This document shows, in pieces, positions 51,974 to 64,000 of a DNA stretch of 64,000 nt. Source of the DNA: Phoronis australis. Its lineage: Eukaryota; Animalia; Phoronida. The notes beneath the pieces are model-generated. The model was not told where the DNA came from and searched no databases. It worked only from the letters and a program-made list of their open reading frames with translations. Location: contig NMRA01000167.1 of assembly GCA_002633005.1 (NCBI GenBank), positions 160,432 to 224,431 on the forward strand, written 5' to 3'. Position numbers and translations under genes: made by a program. How positions within the stretch are numbered: the stretch's first letter is position 1; every line of letters starts with the position of its first letter.

Positions 51974-54900
51974 CTGTCGTGATGGACAATTCTTTGTCAT
52001 TTTGTCTGAATACTTTTGGCTTATACGGTACATGGAAATAAGGCATGACCAGCCCAGAGTTTGTCTGCTTCACATCTGAACGATTCGTTTTCTTGGTGAA
52101 GATGCTAAATCAAACTTAAGGACTTAAGGCTGCATTACTGTGACCAACACTAGTCAAAGATAATGCATACATGTGCCAATTTCCAACCCACAACTTTTCC
52201 AATTTTTGCCAGTAAAAGCACAAATTTCATTTCCACCCTAACAGGGCGAAAATGCTGCTTTGAGTAGTTAACTAAAAAAATATAAATTTGACTATTAATT
52301 AATTTCTAAGAGATGTTGCTAAGCGAGTAATCAATATCAAATTTCACTGCCATGTCACAAAATTACATGGGTAAGTATCTCTCATTCCCTAAAATGACGT
52401 TTGCCGCATGTTGCAACACCATAAATGTTTACACGAATCCAGAGACAAGTCAGAAATTAATTTCCATTACGCCATTAGCTCTTGACAACAACAGCAACAC
52501 ATTAACAAATGGTCTCCATTCATGGAATACTTCTTTCCATCATTTATCGTTGCTCAGTGATAAAAAATCATATAAATTATCACGATGAATTACTTTGGAA
52601 TAGCAACTCCATCAGCAAAAGTAAGTTGATATTTTTAACACCACAAGATGTAGTAGATAAACGAACCCTTAAATAGAGTTGTAAATCCGCACAGTGAAAG
52701 TATAGAATCAAGTGCCATACACATCACACTCAAACTGCATGTCAAACATTAACCTGCACATGTCGAAACCGTGATAGCGTGAATATATTTATCTTAAGAG
52801 ATAATACGGGGTAATATAACTACATGGAAATCAAGCTCTTCGAAAAAACAAATTCACTCGAAGACTTTTTGCTTGTCACTCTGCCATTTGCAATTTTTAA
52901 ACTAAAGGTGAACTCATAAAATAAAGCATTATATGGGCTCATTGGCTAGCTTTCGGGTCACTACATGTTATTAAATAAAAAATGGCAGACAATTTGATTC
53001 GTTGTTGGAAGCGGAAGGTAAAAAGAGGCGAAATATAACCTTGAAGACCGTTTGCAGTTTTCTAAACATGTCAAGGGAATTTGATTTGGTTACTACTAAC
53101 ACATTGAACAAGAATTTTCCTCCCATTCTTTTTGACATATCCATTTCGCAAGGGGTGAAAAGCTCTCTGGTAGACCTTCAGCTGTGTATGCAGCCACAAA
53201 ATTTTGGCACTCAGCACTGCACTGCTTTATAACAAGTCAGAGATCGAAATGTGCTGATGAAACTGTGTGCCTTAAGTCTCGATAGAACTGGATGGTGGGT
53301 GAATTCCAGACAAAGTGTTGACCAGAATCTCAAGAGAATTAAGAAATACCGTAAGGCAGTAAAAAGCTGGTTTGTCCGGAAACAAGAGCGGAACAGGGGC
53401 AAGGGGGGGGGGGNGGGGGGGGCGGCATAGAAAAGCACTCTAATATTCTTTTCACCAAGTGTCCGCTTCATGAAAAGTAACTTAGGCTTAAGTAAAGAAA
53501 TTGTTATTAAGCTGCACACAACTAGTTCTGAAAAAGTAATTAAATCTCACCAGAACACGTCAGGTACATTCTCTTGAAATTAATACCGACATAACAGCTA
53601 GTTACTAAGAAAATTTCTATAAATATACTATTTCTATATTGTGATGTGCTCGAAATTACTTGGCTGGAACCTTTGTTCAACAACTGTGAGGTGAAAGCTT
53701 ATACGGCCCTCGTTCACCTGTGGGGAAAGGTGCCTGTGCCTTCTGAGAGGGGAATTTTTTTGTGTGAGGGCAAAATTCTACCATTCGGTCAGCATGAATA
53801 GTGCCCCCACACCTTTCAATAGCCTTTATAGGTTGCACCTCAAGTAGCCAAACATAACAGTTTGTGCTATTTAAAATAATCACCTGTGTGAGTTACAAAC
53901 GAATTGAACCTCAAGGGGATTTTTTAACACTTTAGCGGAAGCTTTGGGTGTTAGTGTCATGAGAGGAATTTTGCATCATTTTTAAATGTTTTTCAAAGCG
54001 GAATGGGATCAATATTTGGCGCCAAGTCGAGGGATTGAGGACCCTGGCTTAAAATCAAATTTCTGTCTCAAGTCAGTTGATGGGTAAGTGTTTGTGTGTG
54101 TGTGTGAATTATCAAAACCATAAAAGTCCAACTGTGGTTTCAAAAAACAGCGATGAATCAACACAAGCTTCACTCATCTTGTGGCCTTCATCCGCGGGTC
54201 CATTTCATGAGAAGTATGTCACTTAAAACCTAAGCCAGAAATTTGATCTTAAGTTCAGCACATTTTTGAAAAATAATCACTTGAGCAAAAATGCAAAGTC
54301 TGAGAATGTACCCATTGTTGCTAGATACTGATATAATTTCTACACATTATTCCTATACTGTGATATGATCATAATTACCTGGCTAAACGTTTTCAGCAGT
54401 GGGGATGAGGGTGCAAGATGAAATTTCGGTCATAAGTCTTAACACACTCTCATGAAACAGACCCCAGACAAACAACAAGCTGCTAATTTGTTCTGTTTAC
54501 AATTTTGTAACTTCTGGAGGGGATGTCAAACCTGTTACAGATGCAAGTTGCAAGCAAAGGGTGTTTGCAATTTACTATGATTGTCATCACTGCAGACTGT
54601 TAGCTAAGACAGTGAATGCAAACAGTTTTATTGTTCACTTACAGTGTTAGCAGCAGCTTGTTTTGTTTGCCGTTTTGCAACTTCCGATGGGGATGTCAAA
54701 CTTTTAGTAGATGTAGGTTCCAAGAAAAGGACGGGTGCACCACTATTAGTGGCGTCAGTGATTGCAAACATTTTTGAACCCAAGTATAATACAGATAGAT
54801 GACAACATTTTGGACAAAAAGGTACATTCAATTAAGAAAGTGAAACCGTGTGGAAGATACAATAGAAAAACAGGGGCCTCACTTTGTTAGTCTTGGACTG

Positions 54901-56353
54901 CAATCAGGCGTAGGGAATAGAGAAGTCTCGCAAATAACGGAGAGACTGAAATTAAAGGGAAATTTAACTCTGTCCATGAATTTCTCGTTTTTTCTCAAGC
55001 CATGAGGACTTTTCAATATTACCGTTTTTAGTCAACTTTAGGCACAAAAACGAGAGAATTGTTACAACTCTTAGTAGAGATAACCACGATCATCACTCAC
55101 AAACACTTGCTTTCCAGTGCTCTCAGTTGGGCACTGTTTCACCAATTACTTGGCAAAGGCCAGCACAGGTGGAAAAGTATGACCCAAGCTGGCTGCCTAA
55201 ATAAACCCTAGTTGAGCTGACAACTCACAACATTCAGAAAAAAATGCGATAATAGAATGAACTAGCTGCCATTCCATGCAAATGTTCTTGCCTTGGCGTG
55301 GGCGGTCAGCTTAGCTGTCTTTCACTCGAGGCAGCCAGCTCAGCTCATGATACTCTATCAGCGCTGGCACTCAGAATAAACATGTTATCACAAACTCAAA
55401 AAATCTTACGTGAAATTCGCTTTTAACACCCAGTATCCCCTTTTAGCACCTAATGACTGTTTTTGCAGCATTTTCATGACCCATTTTCATTACGCAGATC
55501 ATTCACGAAAAGACGGCAGGTCGTGCAAACACTCTCGCAGTTAATTTTCTCAGTAAATACAAAAATTAAGCTTCGCCAATTGGATTTGTGACATAATGAT
55601 TACAGTAAATGAAGTATGATCTTATTGAAGTGCATGCAATACATCACTTCAAGCAATGTCGCCTCTTTTATAACTCTTTAAGATGAGCTGCTTTAAAACT
55701 TCAAGCAATTGTTCGTGACTGGAATATGTTCAATACATCGACGTGATGATAAAAAAACACAATATGTTCAGCGAACGATTGTGTTTCACATTTATTTTAT
55801 AACTGTAACACAAACATTGTTGACATATATACCAAAACACACTTCGAAAGTTTGTTCAACTCTGCATAGTTATTTGAGATACATGTAAACTGCATCAGTT
55901 CATCAACGGAATAAATTCCATGAAGTATTAAATAACAACAAGTCGCAGACAGATCCATTTTGAAAACTTTAAATTTATAAAAATTGAGACAAAGGTAGTA
56001 ATTTAGAAAAGTAAATTAACGGAACCTAAAATTTTGGAAATGCTTTAACAGGAAAGAATGTACTAGCTTTTTAATTTATCATTTTGGACTGAAAACTACA
56101 CTATTCCAACAAGTTCAACATTCAACTAAATACGACCATCCTAAATTATTCAGGCTCCAACCACAGCAGTAAATGACCGGAAATTGACTACTATATTTGT
56201 TCGAACTAACGCACCCTTTCCATGACATAAACCACCCCAAAGTGTCTACTTAGAGGCACCGGTTTTCAGTTACACCTTCATTTCAAATTTATATCCCGGT
56301 AGTTCCTTAAAAGTCACCAAGTTCAATAGATATAAAAACTCCTGTACAGAGAT

Positions 56354-57740
56354 CAGGGCTTGGAATGGCCCATGACAAAAAGCGAACAATTTGTTCTAGA
56401 AATAAATAAGGTTATGTGATAGAAATATTTTTTGTGCCGTAACATTAAAGTGCAAGAAATGTTTTTTTGCATGAATAAAGTCAAAATGATGATAAAAAGA
56501 GAAGACAAGAGCAACACGGAGCGTTGAAAAGCGCCTACGAATGCACCGCTAACGATGTACTGCTAGGGTGTTTATTTGGAGCATAAATTTGGCAACTAGA
56601 TGGCGCAAAATAAGTCGAATCCATCTGAGAACTTGTATGTGTCATCAAAGCTATTTACCAAATTTCATAAAAATCCATCAAGGAACATCTGAGAAAACAG
56701 AGAAAAACAAAAAATGAAATTGCCAATAAGAGGCTATAAGAGCAAAAAACATAACCGCCACTAAGAGGCGCCGAAGTAGATAAAGTCGTCGGAAAATCAT
56801 CGTCAGACTTCTGCTTAAGATTAGGAACATAAATGCCAATTTCCACAACCATCCTTAGATTAGTTTGGTTGGCAGAGGGGCAGACGCAAAATAAAAAGAC
56901 TCGAAAACAGTAAAAAAGGCCACAAGGTGGTGCAAAATGCCTCAAAATTTACAGAAAACCGGATGATAGCGTCACCTCACTAATAGATGCCTAACTGCCA
57001 AATTGTAAGAAAATACATTGATGACCTTTTAAGATACAGAGGTAAACATAAAAAAATAAACTTGCCATCCGTCGTCAGCTACACGGGAACACATTTGCCA
57101 AATCTCATTAAGATCCTGTGAGGGGTTTAGGAGATACAGCCATGGGCGCAAAAACAAACAAAACTGCTACTAGGAGGTGCCACAGTTGTCAAAGTTGTCG
57201 GAAAATCATCGTCATTCACCCTCTTCACAGTAAGAACAATTTGCCAATTTTCAAAATCATCCCTAGAGGAGTTTGGTTGATAGGATGGCGGACGCTAAAA
57301 ATACTCGAAAACAGTAAAAATGGCCACTAGGTGGTGCAAAGTAGGTTGAATCTGTCCAAAAATGGGAGAATGGCATCATCTCACTAATAGATGCCTAACT
57401 ACCAAATTTTATGAAAGTCCATAGAGGACCTCCGGAGATAGAGGTAAGCGTAAAAAACTAAAATTGCCCCTAGGGGGCACACCGGTAGACAGAGATGTTT
57501 GAAATTCGTCGTCGTCAGTCGTCAGCTTCATAGGAACACATCTGCCAAATCTCATCAAAATCCTGTGAGGGGTTTAGGAGATACAGCTGCGGACGCCATA
57601 TGCCCAGACAGAGATGACTGCAATATGCGACCACATATAAATATGTGGGTGCACAAAAAAAGGAAGCTGGAAATCAACTAATAGGAAATTGGAACCAAAA
57701 AAGAAGAAATCCTCTTAAAAGAGGAAAATATCAAGCCCTG
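56354..57740. mobile_element. hAT-like MITE (CAGGGCTTG TIR) interrupted by a HINE
   Basis: CAGGGCTTGGAATG...TCAAGCCCTG with AGAGAT on both flanks; related copy starts at 41403. Confidence 0.6.
56505..57660 (+). mobile_element. HINE copy with CTCF-motif tandem array
   Basis: ACAAGAGCAACACGGAGCGTTGA start; 3' hairpin TGCGACCACATATAAATATGTGGGTGCA plus A-run. Confidence 0.8.
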
Positions 57741-58156
57741 AGAGATTTCCATGTAGTAAAACAGCAGCAGCTGACTAACAGTACAGTCAATGTCCACGCG
57801 CACGTCCAACCCACGTTTTGAGTTTACTGCATGTGAACTGGCTAACATAAATGCAAGTAACTCAAAAGGCAGTGACCTAAATCACTCATTCGGGCATAGT
57901 GATCACTCCCCTGATTTTAGAATTCCTCTTATCAAATGCCCACACTCATCTTAATCTCCCCTCATTAACTGGTCAATAATCAAGTTTGATGCCCCGAGCG
58001 AACACAGTAGTATTAATAGTAAAGCACTGTTTCCAACAAAAATATTTCACAACACACTTAACACATGTGCTCACCAATACAATGCCACTGGTGACACTAC
58101 AGTAAAAAAATAAACATAAAATAACAGAGTAAACACCACAAGACCAGCATTAATAG

Positions 58157-59188
58157 CTACTCGAATTCGGGTATATCAGGAAATGTGCATCCATAATACT
58201 GAATGACTATCCTGGCAGCATACTGACCACATCTCACACAGTCCTCAAGAGGTCTTCCCTGCACAAACTGAGCAAGGAAGCCTCCCACAAATGCATCACC
58301 ACAGCCATTGGTGTCAACAATCATGCCACCTATTGGCGGGACCTTGAACTCCTTTACTTCTCCTTTGGCAGCCACAATAGTGGGCATTCGTCCTTGCGTG
58401 ACAATCACAATACAGTCGCATTTGTTGTTTTTCTTGGGATGTGCAGCCACTTTGAGAGCGATCTCCTTCACGTCGCTCGTGTCATACTTCAACATGGTGG
58501 CGAGTGTCTGGTGTTCTTGCTCATTGCCTACGAGCACGTCAATATATTCCAGAATGTTGAGATCGTCTCTGGTAAAGTATCGACACAGGTAACTTGCATG
58601 AAGATTCATGATTAGTGCCTTGTTGTTATCCACAGCGTGACTGGCCAGGAGGGTTATGGAATCCATGCTTACAGGAAACACGTAGCCTCCGATGTAGAAA
58701 AATTGAGCACGTTCGACGAGTTTCCAATTTTCAGGCTGTCGGAGAAACTTCACGTCAAAATGGCGTGACGCTCCAAGCCGGGAGACCAGAGATCGTTCTT
58801 CACCTGTTATGATGGCTGCACAAACGCCAGTCTGTTTCTCCTCGTCCACCATATAATGAACATCTACTCCAACTTCCTTTGCCTTCTCCTCCAAGATTTT
58901 GCCCATTTCGTCCTTTCCAACGCAGCCAAAGAAGACGGTAGCATTGGGAGCTTGCAGCAACCACTGGCTAACACGGATGGTGTTCTGCGTTGCTCCACCA
59001 GCGATGTACATCGGCGAGTGACGCTTCATGATCTCCGTAAACATTTTCTGGTGCTTCTCCGTCGCCAAAATTTGATTATCAGCCTCGAGATCATACTTTT
59101 TAAGAAATTGTTCATCGCCGTTGATGGAAATGTCCAACAAAGGATTCCCCAAGCCCACTAGTATTCCAGGCTCTACACTGGATGACAT
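58157..59188 (-). CDS. ADK: Adenosine kinase (PfkB/ribokinase family), intronless CDS, 343 aa
   Basis: GNPLLDI, AGGATQNTIR, NxxE (NEQE), TQG and DTNGCGDAFVGGF motifs; full-length uninterrupted ORF. Confidence 0.95.
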   Translation of the reverse strand: MSSSVEPGILVGLGNPLLDISINGDEQFLKKYDLEADNQILATEKHQKMFTEIMKRHSPMYIAGGATQNTIRVSQWLLQAPNATVFFGCVGKDEMGKILEEKAKEVGVDVHYMVDEEKQTGVCAAIITGEERSLVSRLGASRHFDVKFLRQPENWKLVERAQFFYIGGYVFPVSMDSITLLASHAVDNNKALIMNLHASYLCRYFTRDDLNILEYIDVLVGNEQEHQTLATMLKYDTSDVKEIALKVAAHPKKNNKCDCIVIVTQGRMPTIVAAKGEVKEFKVPPIGGMIVDTNGCGDAFVGGFLAQFVQGRPLEDCVRCGQYAARIVIQYYGCTFPDIPEFE

Positions 59189-59663
59189 CTGGAAAAAATC
59201 GAGAAGTACTTGAAAGTTAAGTCAAATATGCCCAGCAATGGGATTGCTAAAGTGGAGGTATTTTCAAGTTTCCTATCCTAGACAACTTTAAGAAATAAAC
59301 AAGACCTAACTCTAACAATTCTTTCAAGTTTGTTGGGGATAAACAATTATGTCCACCATGCCCAGCAGTAGCCTATGAGCCAGACTCCAGGCAAGACTAT
59401 GCAAAACAGCAAGCACTGACTGAGACTCACTGAGAGATGTCCCTGAATACTGTCACTCAGACGGCTTAGACACACTTTAACACACGCATCTTAAACAGTA
59501 GGTAAAGATCACCTTAAGTTAGAACACGTGCTAAAGAAGAATCAAAGCATGGAACAGTTCCAACACTGCAGCAGCTATATCTAAGGTACATAGAAATTTA
59601 ACCAGCAAACTGTAAACGTTAGTCTACAGTAACATGCCATTTTTGGTGGTGGTGTTGGCTTAC

Positions 59664-59770
59664 ACCTGACCTACTTCAGGCTCAAGACAGCCAAGACCCG
59701 CCAGGTTTTTATGAATGACAGGTGTGTGGGAGTTGAAGATTTGTGGAGGTCACATGAGGTCACCTTGGCA
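59664..59770 (-). other. Possible 5'UTR exon of ADK
   Basis: gtctgtttAG acceptor and GTAAGC donor on minus strand, about 0.5 kb upstream of the ADK acceptor. Confidence 0.3.
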
Positions 59771-60772
59771 CCTAAACAGACTACATGGCACAGATTATAC
59801 CTGGACTAGACAGTTTAACTGAAAAAATAATTAATTTCACAGTATGAATTTCGAAAACTCTTTCTCTCCACTGGCATGAAATAAATCAGGGCAGCCTATT
59901 ACAAAAAAATAACTTTGGTTTGTCTTGAAATATCACTATTATAACTTCTTCACTTCTAAGATTCCTTTGTTTCTAAAACAAATTTCTGTCACATGCTGGA
60001 CCTCCAACATTAAACAACATTTAAGAGCACAACATATTATATACAGTTGTCTGTGGTAGAGAATATATTAAAAGAAAGGTTGTTAACATTTTAATCACAT
60101 GGAAACCTTAACTACAAAACATAATCGCTAAATTTTATACTCATTTCCACAGGGAAATTTACCAAAACAAAAATTTCACTTTTGCGACACAGTGTATGTT
60201 CATCCGTACTGGTTATCACATGATACTACTCTATATGAAATCCGATGTTTACATAAACACCAGCATGTAAAGGGTTAGCTATTTGGGCAGATGAATGTTT
60301 GGGAGAATGTTTATAGATTCTAAAGTTTCAAGCAACTTCTTAACATTATAAATATCAAGCTGATGACGCTTGTTCAGAAAGACGTATAAGTTTACACAAA
60401 ATCCTAACGGCAGCTAAAATAGTACCATAACTTCAAACAAAAATAATGGCCAAAATCGCATTTTTTCACTATTATATATTTTATAGCAATCAACCATTGC
60501 TTTGGTTGGGTCAAGGAACCACATCTTTTTATAGGAATTTAGCAAAAAAGAAAGGAATGCTGATAACAAAACAATGGGAAATAATAACATGATCCAATTT
60601 TATTTGATATAAACATATCAAAAATGCTGTTCTAAAATATCATTTGGTTTTCATTTTATGACAATGGACTTTTTCACAAAAATCATGAAATCATATTTTT
60701 GATGGCAAATTCATGGAAAAGTGAAATATCTAAAACAATTCCTCATAAAGTTTTGAAGAACATTGAATAAAG

Positions 60773-60960
60773 CATAGTATCTAAACATTTCACATGAATC
60801 TGACCAGCCATTTCAGAGACATAGTATCTAAACATTTCATGTGAATCTGACCAGCCATTTCAGAGACATAGTATCTAAACATTTCATGTGAATCCGACCA
60901 GCCATTTCAGAGACATAGTATCTAAACATTTCATGTGAATCTGACCAGCCATTTCTGAGA
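60773..60960. repeat. 47-bp tandem repeat, 4 copies
   Basis: CATAGTATCTAAACATTTCA(CA/TG)TGAATC(T/C)GACCAGCCATTTC(A/T)GAGA starting at 60773, 60820, 60867 and 60914. Confidence 0.92.
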
Positions 60961-61049
60961 CATGCTGTTCAATCTGACAAGCCAAACTGTAGAATTCGAT
61001 CTAAAGTAACAACCAACTCTCAAACCCAGAAATCATCTCCACCTTAACC

Positions 61050-62010
61050 AAAGAAAAACTTGAGACCAATTTCAAAGCATATTTTCTAATTCAAAAGTTA
61101 TTTTTTTCAACGTCTGACATTTTAATGTTATGCAGGATCTTGAAGACAAGTCCGTGCATTTGGTCAGATCAAAAATAACTCTATAAAGGTATTATTTTCT
61201 GAATGTAGTTAAACTTAAATAATTTAGATTTTGACTTTACACTATTCTGCCATTCACTGCATCATGTGACCATGCCATTTTCAAAAAATTGGAAAAAAGG
61301 AAGTTTTAATGATTGCAAAAGAATGAAATCAATAACATGATGAAATTTGATTCGATAGAAATATTCAAGGGGAAATCTCAAAAACATTCTAAGTACAGTT
61401 GTCTAAATTATGATTTTGTTTTATGCACTTTTGTGATTTTTGATAAAAATCGCAAGTTTTATTTTTTGATAACCCCTGTTGCAAAAATAGGTAACATTAA
61501 AAAGAATTGCAAACAGAATTTTAGAATAGNAAAGAAAAACTTGAGACCAATTTCAAAGCATATTTTCTAATTCAAAAGTTATTTTTTTCAACATCTGACA
61601 TTTTAATGTTATGCAGGATCTTGAAGACAAGTCCGTGCATTTGGTCAGATCAAAAATAACTCTATAAAGGTATTATTTTCTGAATGTCGTTAAACTTAAA
61701 TAATTTAGATTTTGACTTTACACTATTCTGCCATTCACTGCGTCATGTGACCATGCCATTTTCAAAAAATTGGAAAAAAGGAAGTTTTAATGATTGCAAA
61801 AGAATGAAATCAATAACATGATGAAATTTGATTCGATAGAAATATTCAAGGGGAAATCTCAAAAACATTCTAAGTACAGTTGTCTAAATTATGATTTCGT
61901 TTTATGCACTTTTGTGATTTTTGATAAAAATCGCAAGTTTTATTTTTTGATAACCCCTGTTGCAAAAATAGGTAACATTAAAAAGAATTGCAAACAGAAT
62001 TTTAGAATAG
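61050..62010. repeat. ~480-bp tandem duplication across a single N (likely assembly artefact)
   Basis: 61050-61529 and 61531-62010 differ by about 4 substitutions; junction is an N. Confidence 0.85.
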
Positions 62011-64000
62011 TGCATAAAAATGGCACATGAAACTTTCATTTTAGTTTGATGAACCATGTCTTAAGATGTGACATTACGAAACATAAGTCCGTCATTTATT
62101 GACTGTGAACATCGTTTTCAATGAGTTTACCACGATGATGTCCATCACCCTCCCATGGATATCCAATCAGAGTCACAGCTGAGTAAAAATTCCCCAGGAT
62201 TTCAACGGGCCAAGTTGGTACACCATTCGAAGCAGTCCTTTTCAGTTAAGTACAGTCTCTTGCAAGAGGGAACTAGTTCTCAAACTTCAAGACATTTTTA
62301 CATCTATAAAAGCCAACCCTGCCATGTAACTAAGTAGCCTCTCATAATAAGTCTCATATTGACTGAGTCTTTCCAAGACACCATACACATGCATAGCTGA
62401 CCTCTGCATTTGAGGTCAGAATCCCTTCACTCAGACACAGGGGGCAATGACCTGAATGATATGATGTCTCTGCATCTGCCAAGAAGCCACCCTTTGAATA
62501 ATACAGACAAAAATTGAGAGCTACATAGCATGGCAGTAAACTGTGAAGCCAATGGGTAATGGAAAGCTCCATTCAGGCATTGAACTACAAAGATTCTCAA
62601 GAATTAGACCTACGGAATATGGACTAGACAAGAGTCAAACTTACCTTGACACTGGTTGAATATTGCCTGTTGGTCTGGTGACACGCCAAGACACTGTTCA
62701 GCAGTGGTGAATGGGTAATCGCTATGTAAGACAGTGTGGTGAAGTCTCGACACTTGCCAACAGTTTTCAGATATGTTGGCACTACTTTCCTGGCATAAGC
62801 CAACATATGTGGCCTATTTAACACCACAGCCATGTTGGTTACTGCTGACCTCCTTAAAACTAGGTCAAGATAGGTCAAATAGGTCAATGTGGTATGCCCA
62901 GACTTAGAAATGAGGCTGATGGCCAACACAGCACTGTGGTATAAAAGAATAACAAAACATCTAATAAAGTGCTGCACCAAAATTTCTACGTCAATCGTGC
63001 TGACTTGACTTCAATTTTGAAATATCAAAAATGTAAATTGACATCTCAAAATATGCAGAAGTGAAAATACCTTGTAACCAGGGCTCCCCCTCCCTACAAA
63101 AGTGATGGAACAAAAAAAAAATTGTTCAAGCAGTGGATTTCTATGTACTGTAGAAAATGTGGAAAAATAAAACTATAAGGCAATTCAAGACTTCAAAAGA
63201 ATTGATGCACCAATACAACAGTACATGATATTATCCACAACTCGTAAAATTTTATTTCGATCACAGGCACATAATGACGATAGTTGATACCCAGGGAAAG
63301 TGTTACGTGAAGCAGCTCCAGACAAAAGGGATACACAGTCAAGGGGTATGAATGTGATCCAACAGAATATTCTAATACTTATACTTCTCAAAATAGGGAT
63401 AGAAAATAAATAGCCTTAATGTGTTCGGTAATTGGGTTATATTCAGGAAACTGTATCTCACTTATCATGTAACTGGGCAAACTTATATTTTAAGAAAACT
63501 GGAGAAGGCTTCGTACACACACACACACACACACGAACACATGCTGTGCCTTTGCCGATGTACTACTATGTTAATGTTCTAAAAACATGTTGAATACTAC
63601 TTCGTGAACACACGGTACTTCATTTCCACGAATTTGACTTGCACCGGTACCCCTGCCATAATTTTTCAAAGTACTATCGGTACTTGAGTACTGGCGTAAC
63701 TACACCCTTATTCAGGGGTTGGGTACAACAAGGCTGCAGCATGAACATAACTTTGACTTCTAATTTGAAAAACAGCTCACAAGCCTGATAAACACATTTT
63801 GCCGAATCGCTTGTGTCTGAATTCATTAAAACAGCTCACTGTCTGCCAAATACGGTGTCACCCAAGTTCACAAAACAGCTTTCACACCTCAGAAACACAG
63901 TTGATACTCAAAGACTCATGCCCATACTCACAAACAAGGAATACATATCCCAAAACAAGGTTTACCAACTCACTAACTTGTTCCTGAAGTTACAAACACT

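Noticed and set aside
60773-60960. Possible CRISPR-like array
   Set aside because: Units are head-to-tail with no unique spacers, the context is eukaryotic, and there are no cas genes.
61050-62010. Tandem duplication giving twin ORFs MQKNEINNMMKF...
   Set aside because: The junction is a single N and the copies differ by about 4 substitutions, so these are most likely two haplotypes joined by the assembler. The ORFs are AT-rich with no recognisable motif.
62128-62230. Minus-strand open stretch ...GYPWEGDGHHR as a possible MRPL24 5' exon
   Set aside because: Wrong splice phase for the KOW exon and no convincing similarity.
63853-63910. Candidate upstream MRPL24 exon ending FVNLGDT|GT on minus strand
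   Set aside because: It lacks the expected P...W-x-x-F-x-GD context and has an in-frame stop shortly upstream.

Overview
Repeat-rich eukaryotic genomic DNA from an animal, probably a marine invertebrate bilaterian. It has GT-AG introns, CTCF-like motifs and N-gaps next to poly-G/C tracts. I reconstructed the genes by hand from splice sites and reading phase. (1) The 3' part of a three-domain gelsolin/severin-like gene (+, 179-11796) ends in two duplicated alternative last exons, and only one encodes a polybasic CaaX prenylation signal. (2) A 5-exon gene (+, 16791-24246) encodes a ~987 aa mostly disordered protein I do not recognise, with SxIP, TQT and RVxF motifs. (3) A 5'-truncated L2/CR1-type LINE lies at about 26191-27781. 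(4) A 3-exon secreted prohormone-like gene (+, 32502-37199) predicts a 30-residue amidated peptide ending SFRFGI-NH2. (5) The last four exons of MRPL24 are on the minus strand (45286-51510). (6) An adenosine kinase with an intronless CDS (-, 58157-59188) appears nested on the same strand in an MRPL24 intron. Intergenic and intronic DNA holds many non-autonomous elements, including a Helentron-like (HINE) family whose ~150 bp monomers carry CTCF-like motifs. No database searches were run; family assignments come from motif recognition.
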